Assembly (NCBI RefSeq): GCF_036365525.1
Contig: NC_090393.1
Span: 31,094,764 to 31,158,763 of the forward strand
Source: Heterodontus francisci
Taxonomy: Eukaryota
DNA length: 64,000 bases
Direction: 5' to 3'
Shown in pieces: positions 1 to 11,710 of this stretch. The translations under genes and the position numbers were made by a program. The notes under the pieces were generated by a model. That model saw only the letters and a list, made by a program, of their open reading frames with translations, did not search any database and was not told the origin of the DNA. Numbering within the stretch: position 1 is the first letter of the stretch; each line of letters opens with the position of its first letter.

Positions 1-854
1 TATCACATCTCTCAGAAATCTCTCAAAATGGTTCATGTACAATGAATAACTTTGAAATGCAATAACCTTATCGCATGTGATACCATCTGGTGCAGAGGGC
101 TTATTAACTAGCCTTTCATCTATAAGGCCCATGATCAAAGGCAGCCTCAAGTGATGAGATAAAAGTTGTTTTTGTCCGCTATCTGCAAGGGTCTCTTTCA
201 ATCCAGTTCCTAGTGGGCACTGATCCACAGCACAAAACCATCTCTAATTTGGAACTAAATTAGCAATCTTACTCAAATAGATGACAGGTTGGTGGTGTGG
301 AAATGGAAAGCTGTCACACTGGAACAATAGGGTGTTCTCTTTTGAGTGTGGCCCAGAGTAGAGGAGCTTTGATCTACATATAACTGCGAAAAATTTCATC
401 TTAAAATGCTAATTGAAAAATATTCAATTTCCAAACATGAATCATCGCTTAGTACGATAAGTACAATATTCACTTTTTATTTCCTACCCACTTCATTTTT
501 AAACCTCAGAACATCTGAGCAACTTGTAAAAGCTTGAGCATACAGAACAAGCAAGGACATATTAATGTTCCCACCTTCTTATGTAGCAACATGTAAGTGA
601 CAACTGTTGTTGCGCAACATCCCATAATAAATAAGGGACAGAGCTTAGAGTTTGAACTATAACAACCAGACATATGTTGCAAAATGCAACAAACAGCAAA
701 TTTTATTATCCAGGCACCTAAATGAACTGTCTTGCTGGTTATTCGTGGTTAATGGTCCCATAAGGTGCTTGTGCCACTAAACCAAAATAACCTGACTAGT
801 AGAGTTCCGATTAGTCACATTCTTATTGGGGTATGAACACTTAGAGGGTCCTAT

Positions 855-1657
855 CTATAAAGGAACTGTCCGGGCAGTCCTAATTAAGGATTTGCCTGAA
901 TGATGTTCTACAGGTCCAGCACTCAGATTCTGGCACAGCCACTTGACCAAAGAAGCAATTTCCTTGGTGAGCTCTTTGAAACCAAATTCAACAGTTTCTT
1001 GGAGCTGTAATAGGTTGGAGTTAATTGTGACCAGCCTGGAATCCATATTCTGTAGAGTGGTTTCGACTGAGCTCACAGTGGAACTCACCTCCTCCACAGC
1101 TGATTCTATCTGACTGTTTCCAGACTCAATCACACTTTGAAGCATATTCACCCCAGCCTGCAAACTGACTTGCATCTCTTCTAGTTTACACTGGAGGTTC
1201 TCTTTCACTTCCCCCATCTGGATCTGCCCATCTGTCTGTAACATTACCAAAGTGGACGGAAGGTCAGCACCTGGCTGATCTTTTTGAGTTTTCCATTCTT
1301 TTCTTCCTTCTATCCTTACTTCGTCCTCAACCAATGTATTATTTTGCTTGCCTCCTTGTTTGGCAGTTCCAATTCCCAATTCCTGCTGTTTTAGAGGTTC
1401 TTTCTGAATCAGACAATGGTCTGAGGTAGAAGTTGCCATCAGTTTATGTTCCGCCTGCTGGCTCCTCTGACCTAGTGATTGTTGGTTGGAACACTCTGGA
1501 ATTGCTGTATGTACAGCATTGTTAGTATCAAATGGGGAAGGAATTGGTGAATTAACTTTTCTGCTGGTCGTCTCTTTGAATGTTTCCGGAGCATCTGCAA
1601 CAAAATTGTGAATCATGATGAGTGGCATTTCATGAAGTTTTGTATCACGCCCTATAG
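855..1657 (-). CDS. Orphan ORF / candidate large terminal exon (257 aa from ATG 1628) with a C-terminal coiled-coil-like region
   Basis: Open frame 855..1628 with no TE motifs; heptad-like pattern in LEEMQVSLQAGVNMLQSVIES...LQETVEFGFKELTKEIASL; in-frame phase-1 AG acceptors giving exon starts at 1663, 1657 or 1651; minus-strand AATAAA near 702-707. Confidence 0.45.
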
Positions 1658-1788
1658 CTGATTCTTATCTATTACAACACACTAAGAAGGGTTACCACAT
1701 AACAAAGATAACAAAGATAACAAAGATAATTACAGCACAGGAACAGGCCCTTCGGCCCTCCAAGCCTGCGCCGATCCAGAGCCTCTCT

Positions 1789-4743
1789 CTAAACATGTCG
1801 CCTATTTTCTAAGCTTCTGTATCTCTTTTCTTCCTGCCCATTCATGTATCTGTCTAGATACATCTTAAAAGACTCCATCGTGCCCGCATCTACCACCTCC
1901 GCTGGCAATGCGTTCCAGGTGCCCACCACCCTCTGCGTAAAGAACTTTCCACGCATATCCCCCCTAAACTTTTCCCCTTTCACTTTGAACTCGTGTCCTC
2001 TAGTAATTGAAACCCCCACTCTGGGAAAAAGCTTCTTGCTATCCACCCTGTCTATACCTCTCATGATTTTGTACACCTCAATCAGGTCCCCCCTCAACCT
2101 CCGTCTTTCTAATGAAAATAATCCTAATCTACTCAACCTCTCTTCATAGCTAGCGCCCTCCATACCAGGCAACATCCTGGTGAACCTCCTCTGCACCCTC
2201 TCCAAAGCATCCACATCCTTTTGATAATGTGGCGACCAGAACTGTACGCAGTATTCCAAATGTGGCCGAACCAAAGTCCTATACAACTGTAACATGACCT
2301 GCCAACTCTTGTACTCAATGCCCCGTCCGATGAAGGAAAGCATGCCGTATGCCTTCTTGACCACTCTATTGACCTGCGTTGCCACCTTCAGGGAACAGTG
2401 GACCTGAACACCCAAATCTCTCTGGACATCAGTTTTCCCCAGGACTTTTCCATTTACTGTATAGTTCACTCTTGAATTGGATCTTCCAAAATGCATCACC
2501 TCGCATTTGCCCTGATTGAACTCCATCTGCCATTTCTCTGCCCAACTCTCCAATCTATCTATATTCTGCTGTATTCTCTGACAGTCCCCTTCACTATCTG
2601 CTACTCCACCAATCTTAGTGTCGTCTGCAAATTTGCTAATCAGTCCACCTATACTTTCCTCCAAATCATTAATGTATATCACAAACAACAGTGGTCCCAG
2701 CACGGATCCCTGTGGAACACCACTGGTCACACGTCTCCATTTTGAGAAACTCCCTTCTACTGCTACTCTCTGTCTCCTGTTGCCCAGCCAGTTCTTTATC
2801 CATCTAGCTAGTACACCTTGGACCCCAAGCGCCTTCACTTTCTCCATCAGCCTGCCATGGGGAACCTTATCAAACGCCTTACTGAAGTCCATGTATATGA
2901 CATCGACAGCCCTTCCGTCATCAATCAACTTTGTCACTTCCTCAAAGAATTCTATTAAGTTGGTAAGACATGACCTTCCCTGCACAAAACCATGTTGCCT
3001 ATCACTGATGAGCCCATTTTCTTCCAAATGGGAATAGATCCTATCCCTCAGTATCTTCTCCAGCAGCTTCCCTACCACTGACGTCAGGCTCACCGGTCTA
3101 TAATTACCTGGATTATCCCTGCTACCCTTCTTAAACAAGGGGACAACATTAGCAATTCTCCAGTCCTCCGGGACCTCACCCGTGTTTAAGGATGCTGCAA
3201 AGATATCTGTTAAGGCCCCAGCTATTTCCTCTCTCGCTTCCCTCAGTAACCTGGGATAGATCCCATCCGGACCTGGGGACTTGTCCACCTTAATGCCCTT
3301 TAGAATACCCAACACTTCCTCCCTCCTTATGCCGACTTGACCTAGAGTAATCAAACATCTGTTCCTAACCTCAACATCCGTCATGTCCCTCTCCTCGGTG
3401 AATACCGATGCAAAGTACTCGTTTAGAATCTCACCCATTTTCTCTGAGTCCAAGCATAACATTCCTCCTTTGTCCTTTAGTGGGCCAATCCTTTCTCTAG
3501 ATACCCTCTTTCTCCTTATATATGAATAAAAGGCTTTGGGATTTTCCTTAACCCTGTTTGCTAAAGATATTTCATGACCCCTTTTAGCCCTCTTAATTCC
3601 TCGTTTCAGATTGGTCCTACATTCCCGATATTCTTTCAAAGCTTCGTCTTTCATCAGCCGCCTAGACCTTATGTATGCTTCCTTTTTCCTCTTAGCTAGT
3701 CTCACAATTTCACCTGTCATCCATGGTTCCCTAATCTTGCCATTTCTATCCCTCATTTTCACAGGAACATGTCTCTCCTGCACGCTAATCAACCTCTCTT
3801 TAAAAGCCTCCCACATATCACATGTGGATTTACCTTCAAACAGCTGCTCCCAATCTACATTTCCCAGCTCCTGCCGAATTTTGGTATAGTTGGCCTTCCC
3901 CCAATTTAGCACTCTTCCTTTAGGACCACTCTCGTCTTTGTCCATGAGTATTTTAAAGCTTACGGAATTGTGATCACTATTCCCAAAGTAGTCCCCTACT
4001 GAAACTTCAACAACCTGGCCGGGCTCATTCCCCAACACCAGGTCCAGTATGGCCCCTTCCCGAGTTGGACTATTTACATACTGCTCTAGAAAACCCTCCT
4101 GGATGCTCCTTACAAATTCTGCTCCATCTGGACCTCTAACATTAAGCGAATCCCAGTCAATGTTGGGAAAATTAAAATCTCCTATCACCACCACCCTGTT
4201 GCTCCTACATCTTTCCATAATCTGTTTACATATTTGTACCTCTATCTCACGCTCGCTGTTGGGAGGCCTGTAGTACAGCCCCAACATTGTTACCGCACCC
4301 TTCCTATTTCTGAGTTCTGTCCATATTGCCTCACTGCTCGAGTCCTCCATAGTGCCCTCCTTCAGCACAGCTGTGATATCCTCTTTGACCAGTAATGCAA
4401 CTCCTCCACCCCTTTTACCTCCCTCTCTATCCCGCCTGAAGCATCGATATCCTGGGATATTTAGTTGCCAATCATGCCCTTCCCTCAACCAAGTCTCAGT
4501 AATAGCAATAACATCATACTCCCAGGTACTAATCCAAGCCCTAAGTTCATCTGCCTTACCAACTACACTTCTTGCATTAAAACAAATGCACCTCAGACCA
4601 CCAGTCCCTTTATATTCATCATCTGCTCCCTGCCTGCTCTTCCCCTTAGTCACACTGACTTCATTATCTAGTTTCTTACAGGCTTTTGTTACTACCTCCT
4701 CACTGTCAACTGACCTCAATTGGTTCCCATCCCCCTGCCACAT
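1789..4743 (-). CDS. CR1 ORF2, AP endonuclease plus reverse transcriptase, intact, 984 aa
   Basis: Endonuclease motifs NARS, ITETWL, GGGVALL, YRPP, GDFN, SDH; RT motifs KSPGPDG, NYRPVSLTS, QHGF, DFSKAFDKV, GVPQGSVLGP, FADD. Confidence 0.95.
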   Translation of the reverse strand: MWQGDGNQLRSVDSEEVVTKACKKLDNEVSVTKGKSRQGADDEYKGTGGLRCICFNARSVVGKADELRAWISTWEYDVIAITETWLREGHDWQLNIPGYRCFRRDREGGKRGGGVALLVKEDITAVLKEGTMEDSSSEAIWTELRNRKGAVTMLGLYYRPPNSEREIEVQICKQIMERCRSNRVVVIGDFNFPNIDWDSLNVRGPDGAEFVRSIQEGFLEQYVNSPTREGAILDLVLGNEPGQVVEVSVGDYFGNSDHNSVSFKILMDKDESGPKGRVLNWGKANYTKIRQELGNVDWEQLFEGKSTCDMWEAFKERLISVQERHVPVKMRDRNGKIREPWMTGEIVRLAKRKKEAYIRSRRLMKDEALKEYRECRTNLKRGIKRAKRGHEISLANRVKENPKAFYSYIRRKRVSRERIGPLKDKGGMLCLDSEKMGEILNEYFASVFTEERDMTDVEVRNRCLITLGQVGIRREEVLGILKGIKVDKSPGPDGIYPRLLREAREEIAGALTDIFAASLNTGEVPEDWRIANVVPLFKKGSRDNPGNYRPVSLTSVVGKLLEKILRDRIYSHLEENGLISDRQHGFVQGRSCLTNLIEFFEEVTKLIDDGRAVDVIYMDFSKAFDKVPHGRLMEKVKALGVQGVLARWIKNWLGNRRQRVAVEGSFSKWRRVTSGVPQGSVLGPLLFVIYINDLEESIGGLISKFADDTKIGGVADSEGDCQRIQQNIDRLESWAEKWQMEFNQGKCEVMHFGRSNSRVNYTVNGKVLGKTDVQRDLGVQVHCSLKVATQVNRVVKKAYGMLSFIGRGIEYKSWQVMLQLYRTLVRPHLEYCVQFWSPHYQKDVDALERVQRRFTRMLPGMEGASYEERLSRLGLFSLERRRLRGDLIEVYKIMRGIDRVDSKKLFPRVGVSITRGHEFKVKGEKFRGDMRGKFFTQRVVGTWNALPAEVVDAGTMESFKMYLDRYMNGQEEKRYRSLENRRHV

Positions 4744-5691
4744 TAGTTTAAACCCTCCCCAACAGCGTTAGCAAAAGCACCTCCAAGGACATTGGTTCCA
4801 GTCCGGCCCAGGTGTAGACCGTCCAATTTGTAATAGTCCCACCTCCCCCAGAACCGGTCCCAATGTCCCAAAAATCTGAACCCCTCCTTCCTGCACCATC
4901 TCTCAAGCCACGCATTCATCCTGACTATTCTTTCATTTTTACTCTGACTATCACGTGGCACTGGTAGTAATCCTGAGATTACTACCTCTGAGGTCCTACT
5001 TTTTAAACTTGGCTCCTAACTCCCTAAACTCTGCTTGTAGGACCTCATCCCGTTTTTTACCTATATCATTAGTGCCTATGTGCACAATGACAACTGGCTG
5101 TTCACCCTCCCCCTTTAGAATGTTCTGCAGCCGATCTGAGACGTCCCTGACCCGTGCACCTGGGAGGCAACATACCATTCGGGAGCCTCGTTTTCGACCA
5201 CAGAACCGCCTATCTACTCCCCTTACAATCGAATCCCCTACGACTATAGCCCTTCCACTCTTTTTCCCGCCCTTCTGAGCAGCAGTGCCAGCCACGGTGC
5301 CATGGACCTGGCTACTGCTGCCTTCCCCTGGTGAGCCATCTCCCTCAACAGTATCCAAAACGGTATACTTGTTTTGGAGGGAGATGACCGCAGGGGACTC
5401 CTGCGCTGTGTTCCTGCTCTTTCTCTGCCTTTTGGTCACCCATTCCCTTTCTCCCTCAGCAATCCTAATCTGCGGTGTGACCAATTCACTAAACGTGCTA
5501 TCCACGACCTCCTCAGCATCGCGCATGCTCCAAAGTGAGTCCATCCGCAGCTCGAGAGCCGTCATGCGGTCTAACAAGAGCTGCAGCTGGACACACTTCC
5601 TGCACGTGAAGGAGCCAGGGCCATCAGCCATGTCCCTGAGCTCCCACATTGAGCAAGAGGAGCATGATACGGGTCTGAGATCTCCTGCCAT
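4743..5691 (-). pseudogene. CR1 ORF1 (zinc knuckle, leucine zipper, SGNH esterase) split by a single +1 frameshift near 5000
   Basis: CSSC..CRKC, then GDSIVR, GARV, HIGTND, DGLHL; reads AAG TTT AAA AAG TAG where the homologous copy at ~51535 reads AAG TTG AAA AGT AGG; stop TAA overlaps the ORF2 ATG (TAATG). Confidence 0.9.
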
Positions 5692-6199
5692 TTTTAATCT
5701 TAAGTTTAAACTTAGTTAAATGAAAAAGGAACGAAAAGTTTTTACCAATCACAATAAAACCAGAGAAATCGAAAAAGCCTTACCTTATAAACACCCCACC
5801 GAGTCCTTTTTTTTTTGGTTAGAGGAGGAGGGCGGGTGGGAGACACTACAAGTGTGGTGTCTCGGGTTCAGAAACCGCCCAAATATATAGTGTTTTACTT
5901 ACCCAGCAGCCCCCTGGCCTCCGCCGAAAAACAAAAGGAAATTAAATTTACTTTCAAACTGACTTTCCCAGCTGCTCACTCGCTCACACGCTGCTCCCGA
6001 AAAAGCTGCTGCACTGAAAGGAAAGTTATTTTAAACCGCCCAAATATATAGTGTTTTACTTACCCAGCAGCCCCCTGGCCTCTGCCGAAAACATAACTAT
6101 AATATATTAAAAATCTTCCATCTGCATACACTTTCTGTCATCCTTCTCCATTACAAATTATTTGTGTAGGTTTGCATCACTAGAGAGTGTAATTACAGT

Positions 6200-7427
6200 T
6201 GTCATGGAACTTTTTTTCCCCTCTGTTTAAAAACAGTGTGCTGTTAAGACTGTTTAAAAACAGTGTGCCTTTAAGACTAAGGGGCACAGTGTGCCAGCAG
6301 CTGCACCTGTTTCCTAAGCAACAGCGAGAGAGAGGAAGTCACATGGTGTATTATAACCTTTGACTGTATAAAAGATGGCTTAAACCAGTTTGATCTGGAA
6401 ACCAATGAAGTGTGCTCTGAAGGAAGAAGTGGTCTATATCTCAGCAGAAAAATCTTCATGAGCTACAGGCTGTGCTATTGCCTAAACAGGAAAAAACCTC
6501 TGGAAAAAGAACATTTGCATTGTTGGAGGTAGTAAATTTCTTTTTTAACTTCCAAATCTAAGACGTCTCTGCCTCAGAAGTGACTGTTGTCTGTTTGTGT
6601 TTGCTGGAATTCTCAGTAAAGTTTCTACTGACAGACTACCAATTTTAAAATCCAAATAGACTTGTTGCTTTATGCCTTGTTGAAAGAACTGTGTGATGCC
6701 TGCTGCAACTTTGAACGCCTATCCCTTAGGGTCTGTTTGTCGAATTTGCCTGGAGACTTTGAGTGGCATCTGACTATTCTACTCTGGGACACCTCACCAA
6801 CTGGGAATGTAACCCACAAAGACTTACAACCCAGCTACTTATTTATTCCTAAAACGTCATTTTTAAACCAGTTAACAGTTGGTTTTTGAATGTATGTGTG
6901 TGTGCATTAGGGTTAAGAAATAAGTTATAAAGTCTTTAGATGTAGGTTTATCTCAATATTGTTTAAGATTTAGTTTATTAATAAATAAATTGGGTGGCGC
7001 AGTGGTTAGCACCGCAGCCTCACAGCTCCAGTGACCCGGGTTCAGTTCTGGGTACTGCCTGTGCGGAGTTTGCAAGTTCTCCCCGTGACCGTGTGGGTTT
7101 CTGCCAGGTGCTCTGGTTTCCACCCACAGCCAAAGACTTGCAAGTTGATAGGTAAATTGGCCATTGTAAATTGCTCCTCGTGTAGGCGGATGGTAGGAGA
7201 ATGGTGGGGATGTGATAGGGAATATGGGATTAATGTAGGATTAGTATAAATGGGTGGTTGTTGGTCGTCACAGACTCTGTGGGCCGAAGGACTTGTTTCA
7301 GTACTGTATCTCTCTATTAAAAAAAATAGTTAATTTGTTGTTGTTTAAAGATAACTGTTTTGGTCTGGGGGTTACTAAAGTGTTTAATTTGGCTAATTTC
7401 TGGTAGGTGGGAAAACTTGGGATTACA
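6200..7427 (+). mobile_element. Probable decayed solo LTR interrupted by a SINE
   Basis: Starts TGTCATGG and has an internal AATAAA-rich segment; right end and TSD are uncertain. Confidence 0.45.
6992..7318 (+). mobile_element. tRNA-derived HE1/V-SINE-type SINE
   Basis: Box A TGGCGCAGTGG, box B GGTTCAGTTC, V-domain core GGTTTCCACCCACA, CR1-like tail. Confidence 0.85.
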
Positions 7428-7461
7428 CTTGGGGCAAGATTTTAACTCATTCAAAACCCAT

Positions 7462-7808
7462 CAGTGTCGCAGTGGTTAGCACCGCAGCCTCACAGCTCCA
7501 GCAACCCGGGTTCAATTCTGGGTACTGCCTGTGTGGAGTTTGCAAGTTCTCCCTGTGTCTGTGTGGGTTTTCTCCGGGTGCTCCGGTTTCCTCCCACATG
7601 CCAAAAGACTTGCAGGTTGATAGGTTAATTGGCCATTATAAATTGCCCCGAGTATAAGTAGGTGGTAGGGAAATATAGGGACAGGTGGGGATGTGGTAGG
7701 AATATGGGATTAGTGTAGGATTAGTATAAATGGGTGGTTGATGGTCGGCACAGACTCGGTGGGCCGAAGGGCCTGTTTCAGTGCTGTATCTCTAAACTAA
7801 AACTAAAA
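7462..7808 (+). mobile_element. tRNA-derived HE1/V-SINE-type SINE
   Basis: Same family as 6992; tail GGGCCGAAGGGCCTGTTTCAGTGCTGTATCTCTAAACTAA. Confidence 0.9.
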
Positions 7809-8826
7809 CTTACACAGAGTTAAAATTGAACCCTTGGTCTCAACTCCCTGTATGCAATGTCATTGGATATTGACAAGTATATAAATAAGGTGTTTGGCAT
7901 TTTGTTTCATGTACTAACTAAATCGTGATTGGTTTAGTCTCATGATATAAAATATATGGACATAATAATTATATTGCAAAATATTTAGGTGGTAACAGAA
8001 TTACTTCCATTCTAATCCCAAATCCTCCCCCTCACAACTGCTTGACAATCTTATCTCCATCTCTTCAGTTCCCTCACAAAAATAAAAGACTGCAATCTAT
8101 TCCCCACCAGACGCAAGGGTAAGGAATCCTGGTAAACAAGTAACTGTAGTCCTCTGTATTACCCAATATGCAGTAACATTTTCCTTTAGTGTTTTCATTA
8201 AAACATTCGCACATAAAACTTGTGTGGGACACAGTGTTGATTTTAGGTAATTTTTAATTAAACCATTGGCATTCTCTGGAGCATACCATGTTCCTCAACT
8301 ATCATTTTCTACCATTTGAACATTTTTTAATCAAATTCACTTTACTCTATCTTTTCTATCTTTTGGCCTTCTCGGTAGACATTTTGCTTGGTTCTTCATC
8401 ACAGACAAGCCAAATGATCATTTAATAGGGCCTCATACACTGGTCAGCATATATTATAATTGAAGCTACCCTGTTAAATGTGAGATTCCAAATGTTAGCA
8501 AAATCCTGTGTTGAATCCATCATAATTCTATTATATTCTGAAAATTAACCACATGCGACAGCTTAAGCCTGAAAAAATAGCAAATTAATGCTTTTACGCA
8601 ACATACAAAATAAACAAATTCTGACACTAATATAAAACAAAACAGCTAAAACAGAAAACAAACACCATATCAATATTTCATTAGGTCTGAAAGCAAGTGG
8701 CTAAATGTTTATTTGTCTCACCCAGGAAGTGAGTCAGCTCTTAAAAAGGTAATTGTATCACCTTTATACATTATTAAATTACCTAGATGCATCCAAGAAA
8801 CCAGAAAAGCAGAAGCTTCTCCTTAC

Positions 8827-8867
8827 CAGTTGAATCATGACTTTTTGGAAAATTATGTCCCAATGTC
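8827..8867 (-). CDS. FAM216A: 41-nt coding exon (R-TLGHNFPKSHDST) of the probable FAM216A
   Basis: Acceptor TTCCTTTTAG, donor GTAAGG; phase 2 to phase 1 fits the upstream exon; the gene name rests on synteny because the conserved FAM216 core was not found in the window. Confidence 0.5.
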
Positions 8868-11485
8868 CTAAAAGGAATAACATTAAGAAACTATAACATG
8901 TAATCAAATATGCAATGGTTTCATGAAATATATATGTGAATGTAAACTCTTGAAATTTCAATAATACATTCTAAAACAGTATTCATTCTAACACATGCTG
9001 CTTACATTGGAAAAAAATCATGCATGCATCCCATTGAAAGAAAACGGCATCAATGGGAAAAAAATATAAAAAAAGCACCTGTACCGGTTTAAATTTGTGG
9101 TCTTAATTATATATCATTCAACGGAACAAAGCTGCTCATGTTACAAAAGCCAAATTTTTTTTCTTTGCCAATGTTAAATTTTTCCTCCCCTTTATTAGGT
9201 CCTCAATTTCCTTACTAGCTGGGTTCGGCTCCTCTCTTTACAGGAGACTGTCACTATGTACTTACTCAAGTGTGGAAATTGAAGGGCATGTCAAACTTTT
9301 TAAAAGATTTCTCTTCTTCCATTGATCATCACAAGATCACATAACAGATATTGATAAGAAGGGCCAATTGGTCTATCCTAGCTCATCCATCCAGCGCAAA
9401 CTTGCTATCTCCCATCACAGCATTCAACTTTTGCTAATTGATTGCAAAGTATTTGCCTCCACTACTCTAACCAAGTCCATTTTATTATTAGTCACACTGA
9501 AGCAAAGAAGAACTCCCTGACGAGTTATATATTTGACTTTCTCTGCTTTGATTCTGAACCCCCTGCTCTAACTGCCAAGGTTTATCTTAAAGTACTGCTC
9601 TACATTTACCATTTCTACTCTTGAATGAATGATTACTGTTACAAAAAGTAAGGAATATTGTCCAGTCTATTCAGAGTTTGATGACTGAATGCAGCCCAGG
9701 TTGTTAAAATTTTTGTAGGGGTCTTGGCTCAGATGACTGACTCCCCCAAAAGGAAATGGGGTTCTTCAGGATTCTCAGAAAAAAAGGGACCACTGATAAC
9801 ACCACTACGGAACCATTCAAGGGACACTTAGGAAACCTCCTCATTTCTCTTATGGTCAAGTCTACCCCAGATCATGGTGAATTGCTTTCAGGCAGTCTCC
9901 CCCAGTTCTTACTAAATGGTCCACAACATTAAACTATCCATAATTTGGCACAAAATTGGCACAGGAAATATTTTTTAAAATGCTATTAAAGGACAGATTA
10001 CTGTGCTTGACGTTTGGATTAAGGGTCAATGTTAGAACAGAGCAAAGGGAACTTTACATCCTTTTGTACCTTACTTGGAATTGCATAATGCTGATGCAGG
10101 GAGCTTAAAGTGGGAAAAAAAATTGTCCTTTTACAGAAGTTAAATTTTGTATTTTTGATGGTAAGTATTCTCTAGCTTCCCACTCTATTTATGAAATCAT
10201 CTCTTGATTGATTAGCTACTCTTGTAATTTACTTTAATCATCTTCTACATGATAGAGAACCTTTGTGGAAATAAGCTACAAGTCCTGAAGCAGAACACTT
10301 AAATAAAATCAAATGAAGGCACGTAAATTGGAATCCAGATACAAAATTGATGCAAGCTTTAAGCTTACAAAAGTATATCAACTATTAAACTGGTAAAGAG
10401 ATACTTTAGCATGCAAACATCCATTGTGTTTATTCTGAATGTACCATCCAATAATACTTAAATTGAAAAGGAATCTTTGACCATGAAAACCAATATGACA
10501 CTAGAAAATGGATGGAATGTTTTTAAAAGTTCTGCAGTGTCAGATTTATTTGGCTGAAATAATCCAAAAAGAGGTCTTCAATAAAAAGGTATATTTTCTC
10601 CTCAAGCTTAATTTCCTGATGTTGATATGAGGCACTTGAAATTAGAGAAGCCATGACAGTCTAAACAGCAACTGATAACTTGCAATTCAACAGCAACAGT
10701 GAGCATCGTTATCCATGTTAATGTTTCCCTACACTTCACCACCCCCAACCCACAGTATCCCCTTTCTTTGTAGCTGTAAATAGCCCCTGTGACCCAGGGG
10801 AAGAGGGAGGCTCCATCTCCTATGGGTGAAAAATCATCAACGATAAGTATTATCTTTTTCACTTGGTGTAGAAGGCAAAAGCAAGGCTAGCCAAGCATAT
10901 TTAAAATATAATTAGCCATTTAAGAAAGGATCATCTGATTTCCCCTTTTTAAAAAAAAGAAAATGCCTTTTACTTCACTTTAAAAGCATTGCCATGCAAA
11001 ATGGTCCAATGGTAAACAAGGATCCCATGTCGGGATCCCAGTGACCATTGTCTGCCAGATATAAAAGGACAAAAGAAATGCTACGGGAATGAGAACTGAC
11101 GAGAAAGAGTACGGAAAAATTAAAGCAACAAGGTGCAAAATGCAACCAGAATATCAACTTAATCAGCATGAAACCGTGTTTGTTTGTTTTTATCTCTTTT
11201 AAGAAACTTAATCAGTGGAGATGGAAGGAATTTCAGCATAATTCCTCATGAATACAAAATTAATTGGGCCACGGAAATAACAATTAAATGCAAAGAAATC
11301 TAGTGAAATGAGAAAAAGTACATAAAGCACCAATAGCCTTCCAAGAGCGGAGTTCCTAGATGAATATGACAAACAGGCAACAACTACCGTTTGATTCCGA
11401 GCCTTGTCTATCTAGGCAGAAGTCAAGGCAGTACAGAACCAGTAGAGGAGATTGAAAGCAGCATAAAAGTATGTGTTCTTCTTAC

Positions 11486-11562
11486 CTTGCCTTGCATGGT
11501 TGCTGCAGATCTTGGTAAATGGGATCTCGATCGAGAAAGGTAACCTGTTTCCTGGTCTGCAT
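11486..11562 (-). CDS. FAM216A: First coding exon (MQTRKQVTFLDRDPIYQDLQQPCKA-R) of the probable FAM216A
   Basis: ATG at 11562; strong donor AG|GTAAGA; CpG-containing promoter-like region just upstream; divergent from GPN3 as in other vertebrates. Confidence 0.5.
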
Positions 11563-11599
11563 AATGAAAGATTTGTGCCTATTTTTTTCCTCCTCCAAA

Positions 11600-11710
11600 C
11601 TCACCACCGCTGAGCACCAGCTGGTGGGTTACCCGGAGTCCCAGTCACTGCAGAGTGAACATTCAACCCACACATGCGCACAATGGGCAGAACTTAAAGC
11701 GAATGGGTTT
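11600..11710 (-). promoter_or_regulatory. Promoter / possible non-coding first exon of the minus-strand gene
   Basis: Minus-strand GTGAGT donor near 11600-11605; NRF1-like CATGCGCA near 11672; local CpG enrichment. Confidence 0.35.

Larger units (their letters stand above)
1704..6090 (-). mobile_element. Full-length young CR1 LINE (esterase-type ORF1 plus APE-RT ORF2)
   Basis: 3' tail of (ATCTTTGTT)n microsatellite; 3' motif GGGCCGAAGGGCCTG; ORF1 and ORF2 present; 5'UTR with a duplicated 59-bp unit; flanking direct repeat ACATAAC at 1697-1703 and 6091-6097. Confidence 0.95.

Noticed and set aside
4990-5012. Programmed ribosomal frameshift at TTTAAAAAG in CR1 ORF1
   Set aside because: A +1 shift is needed and the homologous copy at ~51535 is in frame here, so a single-base insertion is simpler
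1844-5719. Many 60-145-aa plus-strand ORFs over the CR1, and equivalents over the other LINEs
   Set aside because: Antisense or alternate-frame shadows of LINE coding sequence with no independent signals
8470-8537. Candidate extra minus-strand exon (EYNRIMMDSTQDFANIWNLTFNR)
   Set aside because: Phase-compatible acceptor, but the donor (GTAGCT) is weak and no downstream phase-0 partner was found
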